Shown: in pieces, positions 53,185 to 64,000 of the stretch
Numbering within the stretch: the stretch's first letter is position 1
How the letters are laid out: the number at the start of each line of letters is the position of its first letter
DNA from: Catajapyx aquilonaris
Lineage: Eukaryota
Direction: 5' to 3'
Length of the DNA stretch: 64,000 bases
Assembly: GCA_000934665.2 (NCBI GenBank)
Contig: KZ538444.1
Coordinates: 1-64,000 of the forward strand
Notes under the pieces: generated by a model
Database searches by the model: none
What the model saw: the letters and a program-made list of their open reading frames with translations, nothing else
Told to the model about the DNA's origin: nothing
Translations under genes and position numbers: made by a program

Positions 53185-53595
53185 CTGCTACTGTTGGACC
53201 CTACGGACAACCTGGATCCGCACCTTGTGCAATGTCCACTGTCGTCGCTGTCCCCAACAGTGGTCTCTCCCCTGGACCTGTTGGTCTGGTGCTTCCTGCT
53301 GCTCCTCCTCCTCTTCTTGTTCCTGCAGGCGCCGCAGTCGTCCTCGACGTCCCCGACGCCATCGTCGCCCAGGTCCACCACCTGAGGACCACCGTCGCCT
53401 CCTCTGTACGGACCGATCATCCCAGGACACGACTCGCTCTCACTCGACTCAGGGTACAGGTGATGCCTGCTGTTGTGCTGGTACTGGTGCATGGTCTGGC
53501 CCACGGGCAGAGGGTACAGGCTACCACCGATGCTCTTTCGATGAGGACGAAGCTCGATCGGAAGTGTGAACGCCGAAAAGCCTCTCTCTTCCCGT
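53185..53595 (-). CDS. Cad89D: Cad89D-like cadherin exon, cytoplasmic domain
   Basis: CTTTTTCAG acceptor, CAG|GTAGGT donor; 411 nt, phase 2-2, open throughout (includes ORF 53181..53504). Confidence 0.78.
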
Positions 53596-53874
53596 CTGAA
53601 AAAGTGCAGGTTCCATGTTTATTATCATGATAGTACTACTCTTCACGCATAGATGGCGCACGCTCCCTCTGTACGTTCCTGCTACTCTCAAGTCGTGCGA
53701 GAGATAGTGGTACTCTCAGGTCGGACAAACATCCGACGTTGAGAATAAGCGGATATAAACTGCAGAGATGCCTCTGATTGTCCGCGTTGAGTCATCAGTA
53801 CTGTGCAGTGAGGCAGAATGCGCATGTATGTGAGAGATATGGTAGTACGTTCACGGTTGGGCAGTAGGCAGTAC

Positions 53875-54078
53875 CTTTCCTTCCTGCACTTTGAGCATCC
53901 TACGGCCAGTGCTGCGGCCAATGCGGCGACGAAGACAACGCAGGCCACTGCTATGATGCCGATTTCGACAGAGTGCAGCTTCTGCGACGTCGGCGACGTC
54001 GAGTGGAAACCTCGTATAGCCGTCACTTCCAAGGGGCTAAGTTGTCTCTTCAGCTGTGTCTCCTTATTGCGAAACACG
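53875..54078 (-). CDS. Cad89D: Cad89D-like cadherin exon, transmembrane helix
   Basis: ATTGCAG acceptor, AAG|GTACTG donor; 204 nt, phase 2-2; IGIIAVACVVFVAALAAALAVG followed by basic CSKCRKE (positive-inside). Confidence 0.87.
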
Positions 54079-54160
54079 CTGCAATATTTTTGAAAGATTA
54101 TGTGAATGTACGACCCCAATTATTGGTATTGCAATAATTGGTAGTAAACACAACTCTTAC

Positions 54161-54229
54161 CTCATGAGAGCGTCGGCCTCGATCAAGTCGTTGGTTTCCG
54201 GATTCACGGCGTACAGGTACAGATCCGTC
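54161..54229 (-). CDS. Cad89D: Cad89D-like cadherin exon, membrane-adjacent domain
   Basis: TTCCTCCACAG acceptor, GAG|GTAAGA donor; 69 nt, phase 2-2; (S)TDLYLYAVNPETNDLIEADALM. Confidence 0.85.
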
Positions 54230-54294
54230 CTGTGGAGGAAGACAATGCATTGTATTAGCCTCAGTGTGAACGATGGCTTTTGATTCCGACTTAC

Positions 54295-54378
54295 GAGCTG
54301 ATGTCGGCCAAGTCTCCTTCAACGTGAGGCTCCACTTTCCGCACCCGAACGTCAAGACCAGTCACGTTTTGAAGGGTC
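54295..54378 (-). CDS. Cad89D: Cad89D-like cadherin exon, membrane-adjacent domain
   Basis: TTTACAG acceptor, CTC|GTAAGT donor; 84 nt, phase 2-2; (R)TLQNVTGLDVRVRKVEPHVEGDLADIS. Confidence 0.85.
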
Positions 54379-55056
54379 CTGTAAACGTGCAAGAGAAAAC
54401 AGGATCAGTCAATAAGTCCCCACCAAATCCATAATGCCGAAGCTGGAGCGTCATTCAATAATTTCTAAAGACCCGCCAATGACAGGTTGCAGTCAAACCT
54501 ACTCAGAATTACACGTCATCTGGCAATGTAAGGAACTTTACGGACCAAACATCTCGATGAAGTTTGTCCGGATTACTATACTGAACACGCCCTAATTAGC
54601 AAAAAAAACGTATCTGCAATATCAGCAGATGCGTCTTTTTTTTCTAATTTCTGGGCTCTTTGTACATGTCCGGCCAGATATTGACTCGAGCGCATTAAGA
54701 GACATTAACAGTGTATGTCAAGCGGAAAACTAAGGGTTTTTTTTTGGGAGAGGATGGATGGGGTTTGGATGCAGGCGTAATTAGTCCTCTTCTGTCTGTG
54801 TGGCTCCCTCTGGTAAAATTGGGGAAGGGCCTTGGCGAGATGAGACACGGAAAAGAAGTTACGGATTGACGTGCCATAATTAATCCATTAAAGGGGGAGG
54901 GGGGGGCTGAAAATAATCAGGGTTTGAGCTCCCCTACCCCCTGTCTCATTTCATCTCCCACCAGACCCAGGATTAAACCGCAAGAAAAGACCCCCCCCCC
55001 CCCNCCCCGCCCCTAAAAAAAAAGGTCAAGAGGAAGAAAAATCGGTCGACACTGAC

Positions 55057-55145
55057 CTTGTGATGTTCTCGAAGCGAAGCTCTACCTCCATTGGTTTGGA
55101 TCGGACCACCAATACCAGCTGCTTGTAGTTGTCCAACACATACAC
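55057..55145 (-). CDS. Cad89D: Cad89D-like cadherin exon, start of membrane-adjacent domain
   Basis: TTTTTCCGTTTCAG acceptor, AAG|GTCAGT donor; 89 nt, phase 0-2; VYVLDNYKQLVLVVRSKPMEVELRFENIT; keeps frame with both neighbours. Confidence 0.85.
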
Positions 55146-55462
55146 CTGAAACGGAAAAAATAGCTATTATAAGTTCTCTATACAAATCCAAAAAAATTGC
55201 AAAGTGATCCAATTATCAAATAATTGTACTGCATAACGTACATCCTGCAATTTCAAATATTTTCAGCAATTTTATTATTTTAATCCCTATAATTTTAGTT
55301 ATTTGTTAAGATATCAGTTATAAGTTACAACTGATGTAACAAAATAACCGATCGTTCTAAACTAATATAACAAACTATAACATAACAAAATATCTAAAAT
55401 TATAAACTACTTAATGTAAAATAAATAATATTAAAATAATGCAACAAAACCAAGAACTTATA

Positions 55463-55669
55463 CAGGGTGGTCCAAGTTCAAGTGTCGTTTTATAACGGCG
55501 ATTAATAGCAGTGATTTTGCGATGACGTAGCAGCGACGCGTAAAATGTCCCACTTCGGCGCATCTTCGGCGCAATCGAAGTGGGCAATTTTACACGTCGC
55601 TGCTACGTCATCGTTAAGCGCTTCTATTAATCGCCGTTATAAAACGACACTTGAACTTGGACCACCCTG
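55463..55669. mobile_element. Young TA-flanked CAGGGTG fold-back MITE (Tc1/mariner-type ends) in a cadherin intron
   Basis: TA|CAGGGTGGTCCAAGTTCAAGTGTCGTTTTATAACGGCGATTAATAG matches its reverse complement at the other end exactly, followed by |TA; almost all of the 207 bp is self-complementary. Confidence 0.9.
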
Positions 55670-57906
55670 TATACCACGACTAAAATAATTACAAACTACT
55701 GTAATATGACAAAAGACCTAACCATTATAACTTATAATGGCTAGTTATTTATATTAGTTTGTATCTGTTTTATAAGTCTACTATAAGATTTAATTTTTTT
55801 GTTATATTCGTTTATAATTTTAGTTGTTGTGTTATATAGTAGTTTATAATTTCATATGCGTGTTATATTAGTTTATAATTTTAGCTATTTTGTTATTTAG
55901 CCTACTTGATTAAATTTTTATTTAATATTTTATTACCGGTATTTATTACAGGAACACTGTTGTTACGTACATTCCTTCTAGAGATTTACATACTGTAAAC
56001 GTATATGGTAACATTATGACTATGGGTCCTACGTCGCAAGAAGGTAAAAGGCTATCTTGTTCTCCTCGGCCTATCCAGAAACTTTATGGCCCCCAATTAT
56101 GAGTCAGAACAGCTTGATTACCTATAGAGGCGAGAGAGGACATTCAGAAGGGTCAAAAATGCACTCTGGAGACACATCCAAGAGACCCCTGCAAATGATT
56201 CGCGCATGGCCAAGAAGAAGTGTCTCTGGGAGGAGATCACAATCGCAGAGAGCGTTTTCTTTTTCTTTTTTTCTACCCCAGGAATGCGGATAACTTTGAT
56301 CTCATCTTCTCCTCCAGGGGTCATCTCATCAGCTCATCAGATCACCTCTCTCATCGTCGCCTAACCTTTTCCACACAAAAAAAAGGAGATAGAGAGAGGC
56401 CTGCTTCTGGTGCCAAAAACCGCTGAAAATTTTCAGGATGAAACCAACCGGCACATTTTCCTCTCCAGTGCAAAAACCCAGCCTGCAAAAGTGAGACTTG
56501 CATGCGAATTGGACTGTTGGAACTAAAATTGAAAACTGACCACCCTGTCAGATGACCTCACGCAAAAACCAAGGAGAAAATTTTCCAACTCGGTCATGCA
56601 ATGAATACCAATTACACGAAGTACCGTACAATATTGTGCAAAAAAGTGACCTAAAATATTGCATAAATGGTAGCAATTTTTGACGTACTCTCAGAGAATG
56701 GCACTGATTATCATTTTTCTCTCTTTTCTGCTCCTGAGGAAGCCTACAAGTGATCTCTAAAAGTGATGGAGAAAATATATTTTTCACTAAAAAAAATCCA
56801 GGGCCGAAGAGTGGTGCACTAGATAGAGAAATATGATTTCAAAAAGTGAGCTCCCCCCCCCCCACCCCAGAGTCTTCCCTAGGGGTTAAGTTGGTTCCCA
56901 GACAGATCGCCAAAAAGCCAGCAGTGAAAAATCTTCCAAGAGAAAGAAAAATCCTGGAGCCAAGAAGAACTCTTAGAAATCAGTTCAAGTGGTTGAGCTG
57001 CTGACATACATCCGCTTGACCTGGCCTTGGAAAAGTCACTCCAAAAAAAACTATATAGTTATCTTCATTGTCACGGTCGCAAAATCTTGGCAGATTCCTG
57101 AATAATTATAGGCTAATAATTATATCATAATAATGATACATTCTACAATCCGAAACGTGTTCGCCAAAGTACAAGGTTTACTGCGACTTATTTACCTGTT
57201 ATTACTAATGTAATCTGAAAGCATTTATAACAGCAGAATATAGCAGTTTTATTTTTATTTGTTATTTATCGCTTTAAAAGTTTATATTTCAAATATTTAA
57301 TGGTCACTTCATGATTTAATTATTAGTTGCTTATTTAATAAGGCGTAAACAGATACTAATCGATTCCAGAAAATTTCAGGAAAATTATAGCTACAAGGCT
57401 TGCAGCTACTTTTTAGAGTAATAACAGTTACTGAAATAATTTTCGAAAACAGAGTTTTTGTTTTAATTTTAGGAGTTGTTTAAAACATATTTAACATCAT
57501 AGTTGATGCTGAATTTTGTTGTGAAACCAGCCAGAAAAATGTCCAAATATTTAGCTGAAAATTATTTTGACTGCCAGTGACATCTATATGCGATCGCCAA
57601 TTTTGATGCGAAAGAGCCTCACACTCGTACTAATAATTCGCTCCTGGCAGATATTTTCTCCTTGCCAAAAAAAAGTGAGATCAATATGGTCTGAAGTTGA
57701 GCGATTTTTTTTTTAAAGCAATTCGAAATGAAGTTTTTGAGGGTTGCCCCGGATATTAAACCTGGTTCTTGATGAAAACGGACCATCTGCTTTTTTCTAT
57801 TGAGCGACTCACACTCAACATTTTTCCTTCGTCGAAAAGAAACGTATAATTTCGGGTCGAATCAAAAAGTAATTTTACCCCTCACCTACTCCCTTGTACT
57901 ACTTAC

Positions 57907-58221
57907 AAATAGATTTGCGATAGAGCTGTGTCCGTCCGATGCGCCGCGACGGTCTGTGGCCTTCACGTCGACGCCGAAGACGCGTCCGGCCTCGCCCGAT
58001 GGACGCCTGCTGGACGACACCGTGAACAAGGCTCGGACCTGACCCGAGATCGGATGGACCTCGAATCTGGCCCTCGGGGGCGGCCCCGGGGCGGACCCTT
58101 GCACAGGAGAGTCTGGAGGCCCGGCCGGACCTAGGTCGTTGCTCGTCTCCAGCTCGTCTCCTTCGGTGTTCAGAAGCTCATAACGAATCTCAGCGTTGAT
58201 TCCGATGTCTCGATCAGTCGC
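57907..58221 (-). CDS. Cad89D: Cad89D-like cadherin exon, last EC repeat
   Basis: TTTCAG acceptor, TTT|GTAAGT donor; 315 nt, phase 0-0; ATDRDIGINAEIRY...ATDRRG. Confidence 0.9.
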
Positions 58222-58310
58222 CTGAAATTCGACACTAATATATTTAAAACACACGAACTAACGAACGAATAAACAAGCAAGCAAAGAAAATAACTAACGA
58301 ACTAACTAAC

Positions 58311-59044
58311 CTGCAAGCGAATAATTTCGTATCCGTATCCAGCGTCGGCAGGTACGGCTGCCACGATGGGTCGACCGCTGACGAGAAATTCGGGAGCGTT
58401 GTCGTTGACGTCGGTCACTGTGACGTGTATGACGACCTCGTCAGGTCTGGGTACGGACGACACCGAGCTTCCATTGCCCAAAAAGAGAGGGTCCGGTACG
58501 CCTATGACCAGCCTGCTCTTCTGACCCACGACCTGTGCCCTGACACGCAGCCGGTACTCTTCCCGCTCTTCCCTGTCCGGAGTCCGTACCAGGTACACGG
58601 CGCCGGTACGTCCGTCCACCCTGAACATCGCGGAGGTCTCGTCGTCGTCGCCAATCAGCTCGAAGAACAAGCTTTGGTCCTGGAAGTTCTCCGTGACGTT
58701 CAGGAGGATAAGCCTGAGCGGTACAGCGATGTTCTCCTCGACCTTCAGCGATATCTCTCTTAGTGTGAATATCCTGTTCAACTCGTCGTCTTCAGGTTCG
58801 TCCTCAACCCGGACATACACCAGGGCTGTGGAGGACAGGCTGGGTTGACCCAAGTCGGACGCAATCACGGTCAGATTGTACTTGTCGTCCGCCTCGTAAT
58901 CCAAAGGCAGCGATGTAACTATTCGTCCAGTCTTGGAGTCGATCTGAAACTCCTTACGATGTTCCGCCAGGTAGAACAGGACCAGTCCATCGCCGTTGCC
59001 CGAATAGTCAGTGTCGTTCGCGAACACTTGCGTCACGAAAGTAC
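58311..59044 (-). CDS. Cad89D: Cad89D-like cadherin exon, EC repeats
   Basis: ATTGCAG acceptor, CAG|GTTAGT donor; 734 nt, phase 1-0; LDYE, ASDLGQP, DVNDNAPEF motifs. Confidence 0.92.
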
Positions 59045-59081
59045 CTGCAATAATATTAATGTAAGTAATCAGTGATCGGAA

Positions 59082-59219
59082 GATCTTTCCTTCGCGACGA
59101 AGTGACGACAGTCGGAGTGGAGGCACGGGGCAGTTCAGAGAGCGCGTGCAAAGCCACAATAACGTTCGTTTGGCACCTCCACTCCGACTATACTGCCACT
59201 TCGTCGCGTAGTAAAGATC
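59082..59219. mobile_element. Hairpin element filling most of a 196-nt cadherin intron
   Basis: GATCTTT.CT.CGCGACGAAGTG...AGTCGGAGTGGAGG arms; a second copy lies at about 3041-3155. Confidence 0.75.
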
Positions 59220-59240
59220 AGCCTGGTGATAGTTGCTTAC

Positions 59241-60971
59241 CTGGAGGTTGATTCTCTCGCACAGTGGCCCTGTACATCGGTATCTTCACCACCCGTACAG
59301 TGATGTCGTACTCGACTACTTGGGACGCACCGGTGGATGAGTCTGCTGCCATTTGCGGTACCTCTCTCTCGTAGTTGTAAAACTGAGGCGCATTGTCGTT
59401 CAGATCCAGCACGTTGATCTCGACGTCAACCGACGAGCTCATCGGAGGATCACCGCTGTCCGATGCCACCACCTGGAACATGTACCGCTCCGTCTCCTCT
59501 CGGTCGATCACACCGGTAGCGATGATCACACCGGACGATGGGAATATCCGAAGAGGAAAGCGTGTGTACGAATGTACTATTGAGTACGTGATGTTTCCGT
59601 TAGGACCGTGGTCCTCGTCCGTCGCTTCGACTCGTCCGACGTCTCCTCGCAGGTACGTGCCTTCAAGCAGCTCGAACTGGTACCACGGACGCTTGAACGT
59701 CGGTGCATGGTCGTTAATGTCGTCCACGACCACATCGACAGTGGTGAAACTGCGCATACCGCCTCGATCAGACGCGGACACGTTCAACAGGAATCGCGTC
59801 TGCGGCTTCAATGATCTGGCCAGAGATACCTCTCCGGTGTGCCGGTCAATCCCGAAGTGTCGTTCACGTCCGTACGGGCTACGTAACGGTCTGCGTGCGT
59901 CGTCCCATGCGGCTGTTTCGGACACAATGCGGTACGTCACCTTGGCATTCTCGCCAGCATCCGAATCCGCAGCTGTCAGTCGAAGTATCCTGGTACCGAC
60001 CGCCGTGTTTTCAGCCACATGTACCGGTTCACCGTCCGGCACCTCGATCTCAGACGCATCGGTGGATGACGCCATCTCGCCGTCGACGGACCTGGACGAT
60101 GCTTCGGCTATCAGCTCGTCCGAACCGTCCCGCTCGTGCAATACCGTCCGGCGTGTGAAGCGTGGTCCGTTGTCATTGACATCCTCGACCCGTACTGTCA
60201 GCTCAACTTTCGAGCTCAAGTTTCCGGTATCCTTCGCCTCCACTTCCAGCCGGTACGTCTCTCGTTTCTCCCTGTCCAGACCAGCTTCCTTCACGAACAT
60301 CTTACCGCTTCGTTGCTCGATAAAGAACATGTCCTTTCCGTCACCCTGTAGCGTCATAACGAACTGCGCGTTCAAACCCGCGTCCGGATCCTTTGCACGT
60401 AGAAGCTGGTCCAGTATGACAGGCGTACCGGGTACCGAGTTCTCCCGGACATGTCCTTCGTACCGGGGTTGTGAAAACTGAGGCGGGTTGTCGTTGTCGT
60501 CCTCGACCGTCACCTGTACCTGTATGAGACCCGCACCTTGGAGGACACCCCCGCTCTGTGCTATCACTGTCAGCAGGTACCGGTCCCGCTCCTCCCTGTC
60601 CAAACCTCTGAGTGTGAACAGCGCACCGTCCGTGTTGACCCCAAACCTCTCTCGAGACTCCTGGCTCGCCAACAGGTACTCGCCCCTGGGCTTGCCCCCT
60701 GGTCCTGGCCGAGGGTTCAGTTGCCCCACCAGTGCTCCGGCTGCGTTTTCTCTCACCCTGAACTCCAACGTGGGTCTTCTCAGCAGCACCTGCTTGTTCG
60801 TGGTTCCCTGCTGGTCCTGCGTCGCGTCCACCACGTGTATGGTCACGTTCGTGCTCAAGGTACGGTGTCCATCGGTCACGTACGCCTCGAAGTCGAACCT
60901 TTTCCTCTTGAATTTACCCAGCTCTTCCATCACGGTCACCAAGCCTGTACGTTCCTCGACGCCAAACGGAG
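59241..60971 (-). CDS. Cad89D: Cad89D-like cadherin exon, several EC repeats
   Basis: CCTTTTCAG acceptor, CAG|GTAAGC donor; 1731 nt, phase 1-1; repeated LDRE, DxNDNxPxF and AxDxD motifs. Confidence 0.93.
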
Positions 60972-61009
60972 CTGAAAAGGATCAGTAATATTAGACTCTA
61001 TACTAATAA

Positions 61010-61700
61010 CTGTTATTAGTAGTGGTATTATTAGCTTAAATATTAGTATTAGTTTAAGTATTAGTATTAGTTTAAGTATTAGTAGACTATTATTAGAAAT
61101 TATTAGTAGACTATTATTTGTTTAAGTATTAGTATTAGCTTAAGTATTAGTTTAAGTATTAGTATTAGCTTAAGTATTAGTTTAAGTATTAGTAGACTAT
61201 TATTAGTTTAAGTATTAGTATTAGCTTAAGTATTAGTTTAAGTATTAGTAGACTATTATTAGAAATAGTTATAGGTAAACCTATTAGTTTAAGTATTAGT
61301 AGACTATTATTAGAAATAGTTATAGGTAAACCTATTAGTTTAAGTATTAGTAGACTATTATTAGAAATAGTTATAGGTAAACCTATTAGTTTAAGTATTA
61401 GTAGACTATTATTAGAAATAGTTATAGGTAAACCAATTAGTTTAAGTATTAGTAGACTATTATTAGAAATAGTTATAGGTAAACCTATTAGCTACTAATA
61501 ACTAGACTACTAGTAGCAGTAGTATTAGTTATTAGTAGCAGTAGTATTAGTTATTAGTAGCAGTAGCATTGGTTATTAGTTAGTAATATTAGCTGCTAAT
61601 GACCACTAGTATGGTTTATTAGTTATTAGTATTAGTCATGAGCATTAGTATTGGTCATAGCATTATCTGTATTAGTTATAAGTATAACTATTAATATTGC
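61010..61700. repeat. AT-rich intronic satellite including about 5 copies of a 51-bp unit
   Basis: TTAGTTTAAGTATTAGTAGACTATTATTAGAAATAGTTATAGGTAAACCTA repeated at about 61233-61490, with shorter TATTAG-based units on either side. Confidence 0.9.
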
Positions 61701-61906
61701 TCTTGGTCAGAGTATTATCTGTAGGGCTATCAGTTATTCGTAGAGTACGGATTTTTAGGCACTAAAACCCTGAAAATAGGCACATTTTTTTCCCTTTTTC
61801 GGGCATAATATGGAAGATAATATTACATAAAATAAAAAGCTACTTATAACTAATTTTTGCACAAGTTTTCATTTTCTTGTCTTAAATTGCGTTTCCTAAT
61901 GCCCAC

Positions 61907-62447
61907 CTCCTTCCGGATAGGTGTGAAGTAGGTCAAAGGCAGTGTGTAGAGGGTCCATGTCCTTGACCCTGACCCTCCCGACGCTGGTGCCCGTGGTGAC
62001 CCCCTTTCCGACCCAGAACTCGTAGGGTGCCCCGATGAACCTGGGCAACCCCCTTCCGCTAGTCCCATCACCAGCCGAGACCTCGACTCTGACCACGGCC
62101 AGCGCTGTCCTCCTGGCCACCTGCGGGCCGCCCTGCTGACCTCCAGATGACCCGGGGCCGTCCCTCGCCTCCACCAGAAGGGTGTACACGGGTCTCTTCA
62201 ACCTCCCGTCAGTCACCAGGACATGTCCACTCTTGGCGTCCACCGCGAACGGTACCTCCTCGTCTCCAGACGCGTTTCGCTGAAGCTCGTAGGTCACCAA
62301 GCCGTTCAGACCTTCGTCCGAATCGTGGGCCGTCACACGACCAACAACAGTACCGATCTCTGCATCGCCCGGTATTGCGAACCGGTACACATTAGACGGG
62401 ACAAACGTCGGGTTGTTGTCGTTGGCATCCAGCAAGTACACATGAAC
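61907..62447 (-). CDS. Cad89D: Cad89D-like cadherin exon, EC repeats
   Basis: TTTTTGTAG acceptor, GAG|GTGGGC donor; 541 nt, phase 0-1; DANDNNPTF and AHDSDEG motifs. Confidence 0.9.
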
Positions 62448-62469
62448 CTACAAAAACAAACAAGTTCAG

Positions 62470-62850
62470 TACAAATTACGCAGTTTACATATGTCACATA
62501 CTTACATAGTTTACGTATGTTACGTGCAGGTTACATTATAAGTTACGTATTTACGTCCATAAGTTACGTACAGATTACATATGTTACGTAAAATTGCGGT
62601 ACGTATGATACGAACTGTACGAAAATACGTATCTTGTACGTTACTTATAGTACGTACAAGTTACGTACACGTTACGTATAAGTTACGTATAACTGTATAA
62701 GTTACTTACAAGTTACGTATTTTCGTACCGGTTACGTACATTACGCAAGTTACGTACATGTTACGCAAGTTACGTGCATGTGACGCATGTTACGTGCATG
62801 TTACGCAAGTTACGTATGTTACGTAAAAGTTACGTAAGTTACGTACAATC
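62470..62850. repeat. GTTACGTA-based low-complexity intronic repeat
   Basis: Dozens of TTACGT/TACGTA words at roughly 9-11 nt spacing. Confidence 0.85.
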
Positions 62851-62993
62851 ACATTACACAGTGCAAATTGGTCACAATATTGCACCCTATATAGTTGACA
62901 TGGCAACGTGCTGCATGGTAACCAGAACTTGTCATGGTAACCCGTTTGTATGGCAACTAAAACTGGACAAACAAACAAACACAAAAATCGTAC

Positions 62994-63587
62994 CTGCGTG
63001 GACGGTACAGCCACGTTTCCCATGACGCTCTTGATCTTCTCCTGCGCGTAGACTTTCATCTCCAGTCTCGGTCTCTTCTCTCGGTCCAGCTGTGCCTGGT
63101 CTCTGACGGTGAGCCAGCCGGTCCTTGGTTCGATCCCGAATGCCCTCAGCGGATCCTCCAGGACGTAGGTGAACTCCGCGTTCTCTCCGCGATCGGCGTC
63201 GGTCGCCTGGACCTGAAGCACGCTGAACCCTTGGGGCAGGTTTTCAACAATGCTTATGTTGTACAGGTCAGCTTGAAACACAGGCTGGTTGTCGTTCAGG
63301 TCGTCCACTTCGACCATCACGCGTGTACCGGCCCATTTCCTCGGGTCGTCCGTTTGCTCAGCTCTCACTCGAAGCTCGATCACGTCTCCAGTCGCGTTCG
63401 AGACGGGGAGCGACTCGCGATCCAGCTCTCGCTCCAGGTACAGCTTACCGTTGGTCGCGTCCAGAGAAAACAGCTCGGCTTCGTTGCCCCATACTATTCG
63501 GTACCGTACGGACGCGTTTAGAGCCCTGTCCTGGTCCAGGGCGTGGATTGGAGGCTCCATTTTCACCTCACGATGGATGCGATCACG
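62994..63587 (-). CDS. Cad89D: Cad89D-like cadherin exon, EC repeats
   Basis: TTTTCAG acceptor, CAG|GTACGA donor; 594 nt, phase 0-0; LDRE, DLNDNQPVF, YNISIVENLPQGFSVLQV, ATDAD motifs. This segment closely resembles Drosophila Cad89D as recalled. Confidence 0.92.
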
Positions 63588-63655
63588 CTGAAAATTATTG
63601 AAATGTTAATACCACCTCCTCATAATTATGATCTCTATTATTATTAATTAGACAC

Positions 63656-63815
63656 TATAAAAGGCGAAGGTTGTTTGTTTGTTGGTGTGTCCAGGTTTTC
63701 TACCACGGTGGCCTGTTTCCATTGTAATGTATTCAAAAGCAACCATTATTGATAGTATGGAAACCGGTTGCCATGGTGGCAAACCTGAGCAAACAAACAA
63801 ACTTTGCCTTTTATA
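63656..63815. mobile_element. Fold-back MITE-like element in a cadherin intron
   Basis: TATAAAAGGCGAAGGTTGTTTGTTTG ... CAAACAAACAAACTTTGCCTTTTATA; a related single end lies at about 20848-20875. Confidence 0.7.
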
Positions 63816-63851
63816 ACGCTGTAATAGAAGAAGCTGCTAGTAATCATTCAC

Positions 63852-63980
63852 CTTAAGAGGATATGCTTCTTGCAATCGGGCCTTGTAAACAGTGCGGGTG
63901 AAGGCAGGTGGCAGGTCATCGTTGTCGACGACGGACACGACCAATGTCGTTGTCGCATTGTGTGATGGCGAGCCTCTGTC
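63852..63980 (-). CDS. Cad89D: Cad89D-like cadherin, first coding exon in window (gene continues upstream beyond 64000)
   Basis: Acceptor TTGCAG, donor AAG|GTGAAT; 129 nt, phase 0-0; DRGSPSHNATTTLVVSVVDNDDLPPAF (cadherin linker). Not in the supplied ORF track. Confidence 0.88.
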
Positions 63981-64000
63981 CTGCAAGGTTGGTTGAAATG

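Noticed and set aside
59393..60988. Long + strand ORFs (362 aa, 166 aa, 145 aa) over the cadherin
   Set aside because: Antisense shadows of a GC3-rich coding exon; Ser/Thr-rich with no recognisable domain.

Overview
This is eukaryotic (arthropod-type) genomic DNA, not prokaryotic. It holds two convergent intron-containing genes. (1) On +, a single large terminal coding exon (36230-36959) of a SIFamide-receptor-like rhodopsin GPCR covers TM4 to the C-terminus. No TM1-3 exon was found upstream, so bases 1-36229 are probably one long intron. (2) On -, the 3' part of a Cad89D-like non-classical cadherin: 12 GT-AG exons from 63980 down to 52500 splice in frame to 5094 nt (1697 aa plus stop), and the 5' end lies beyond the window. 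The non-coding DNA is rich in short non-autonomous elements: TA-flanked CAGGGTG fold-back MITEs (one triply nested), Helitron-like minis, two tRNA-derived SINE copies, minisatellites and microsatellites. There are two multi-base N gaps. I found no convincing new multi-gene system. The best leads are candidate alternative cytoplasmic tails of the cadherin, a SINE whose head forms two abutting perfect palindromes, and a CRE-rich minisatellite next to the GPCR exon. Gene names come from recalled similarity and need BLAST or phylogenetic confirmation.
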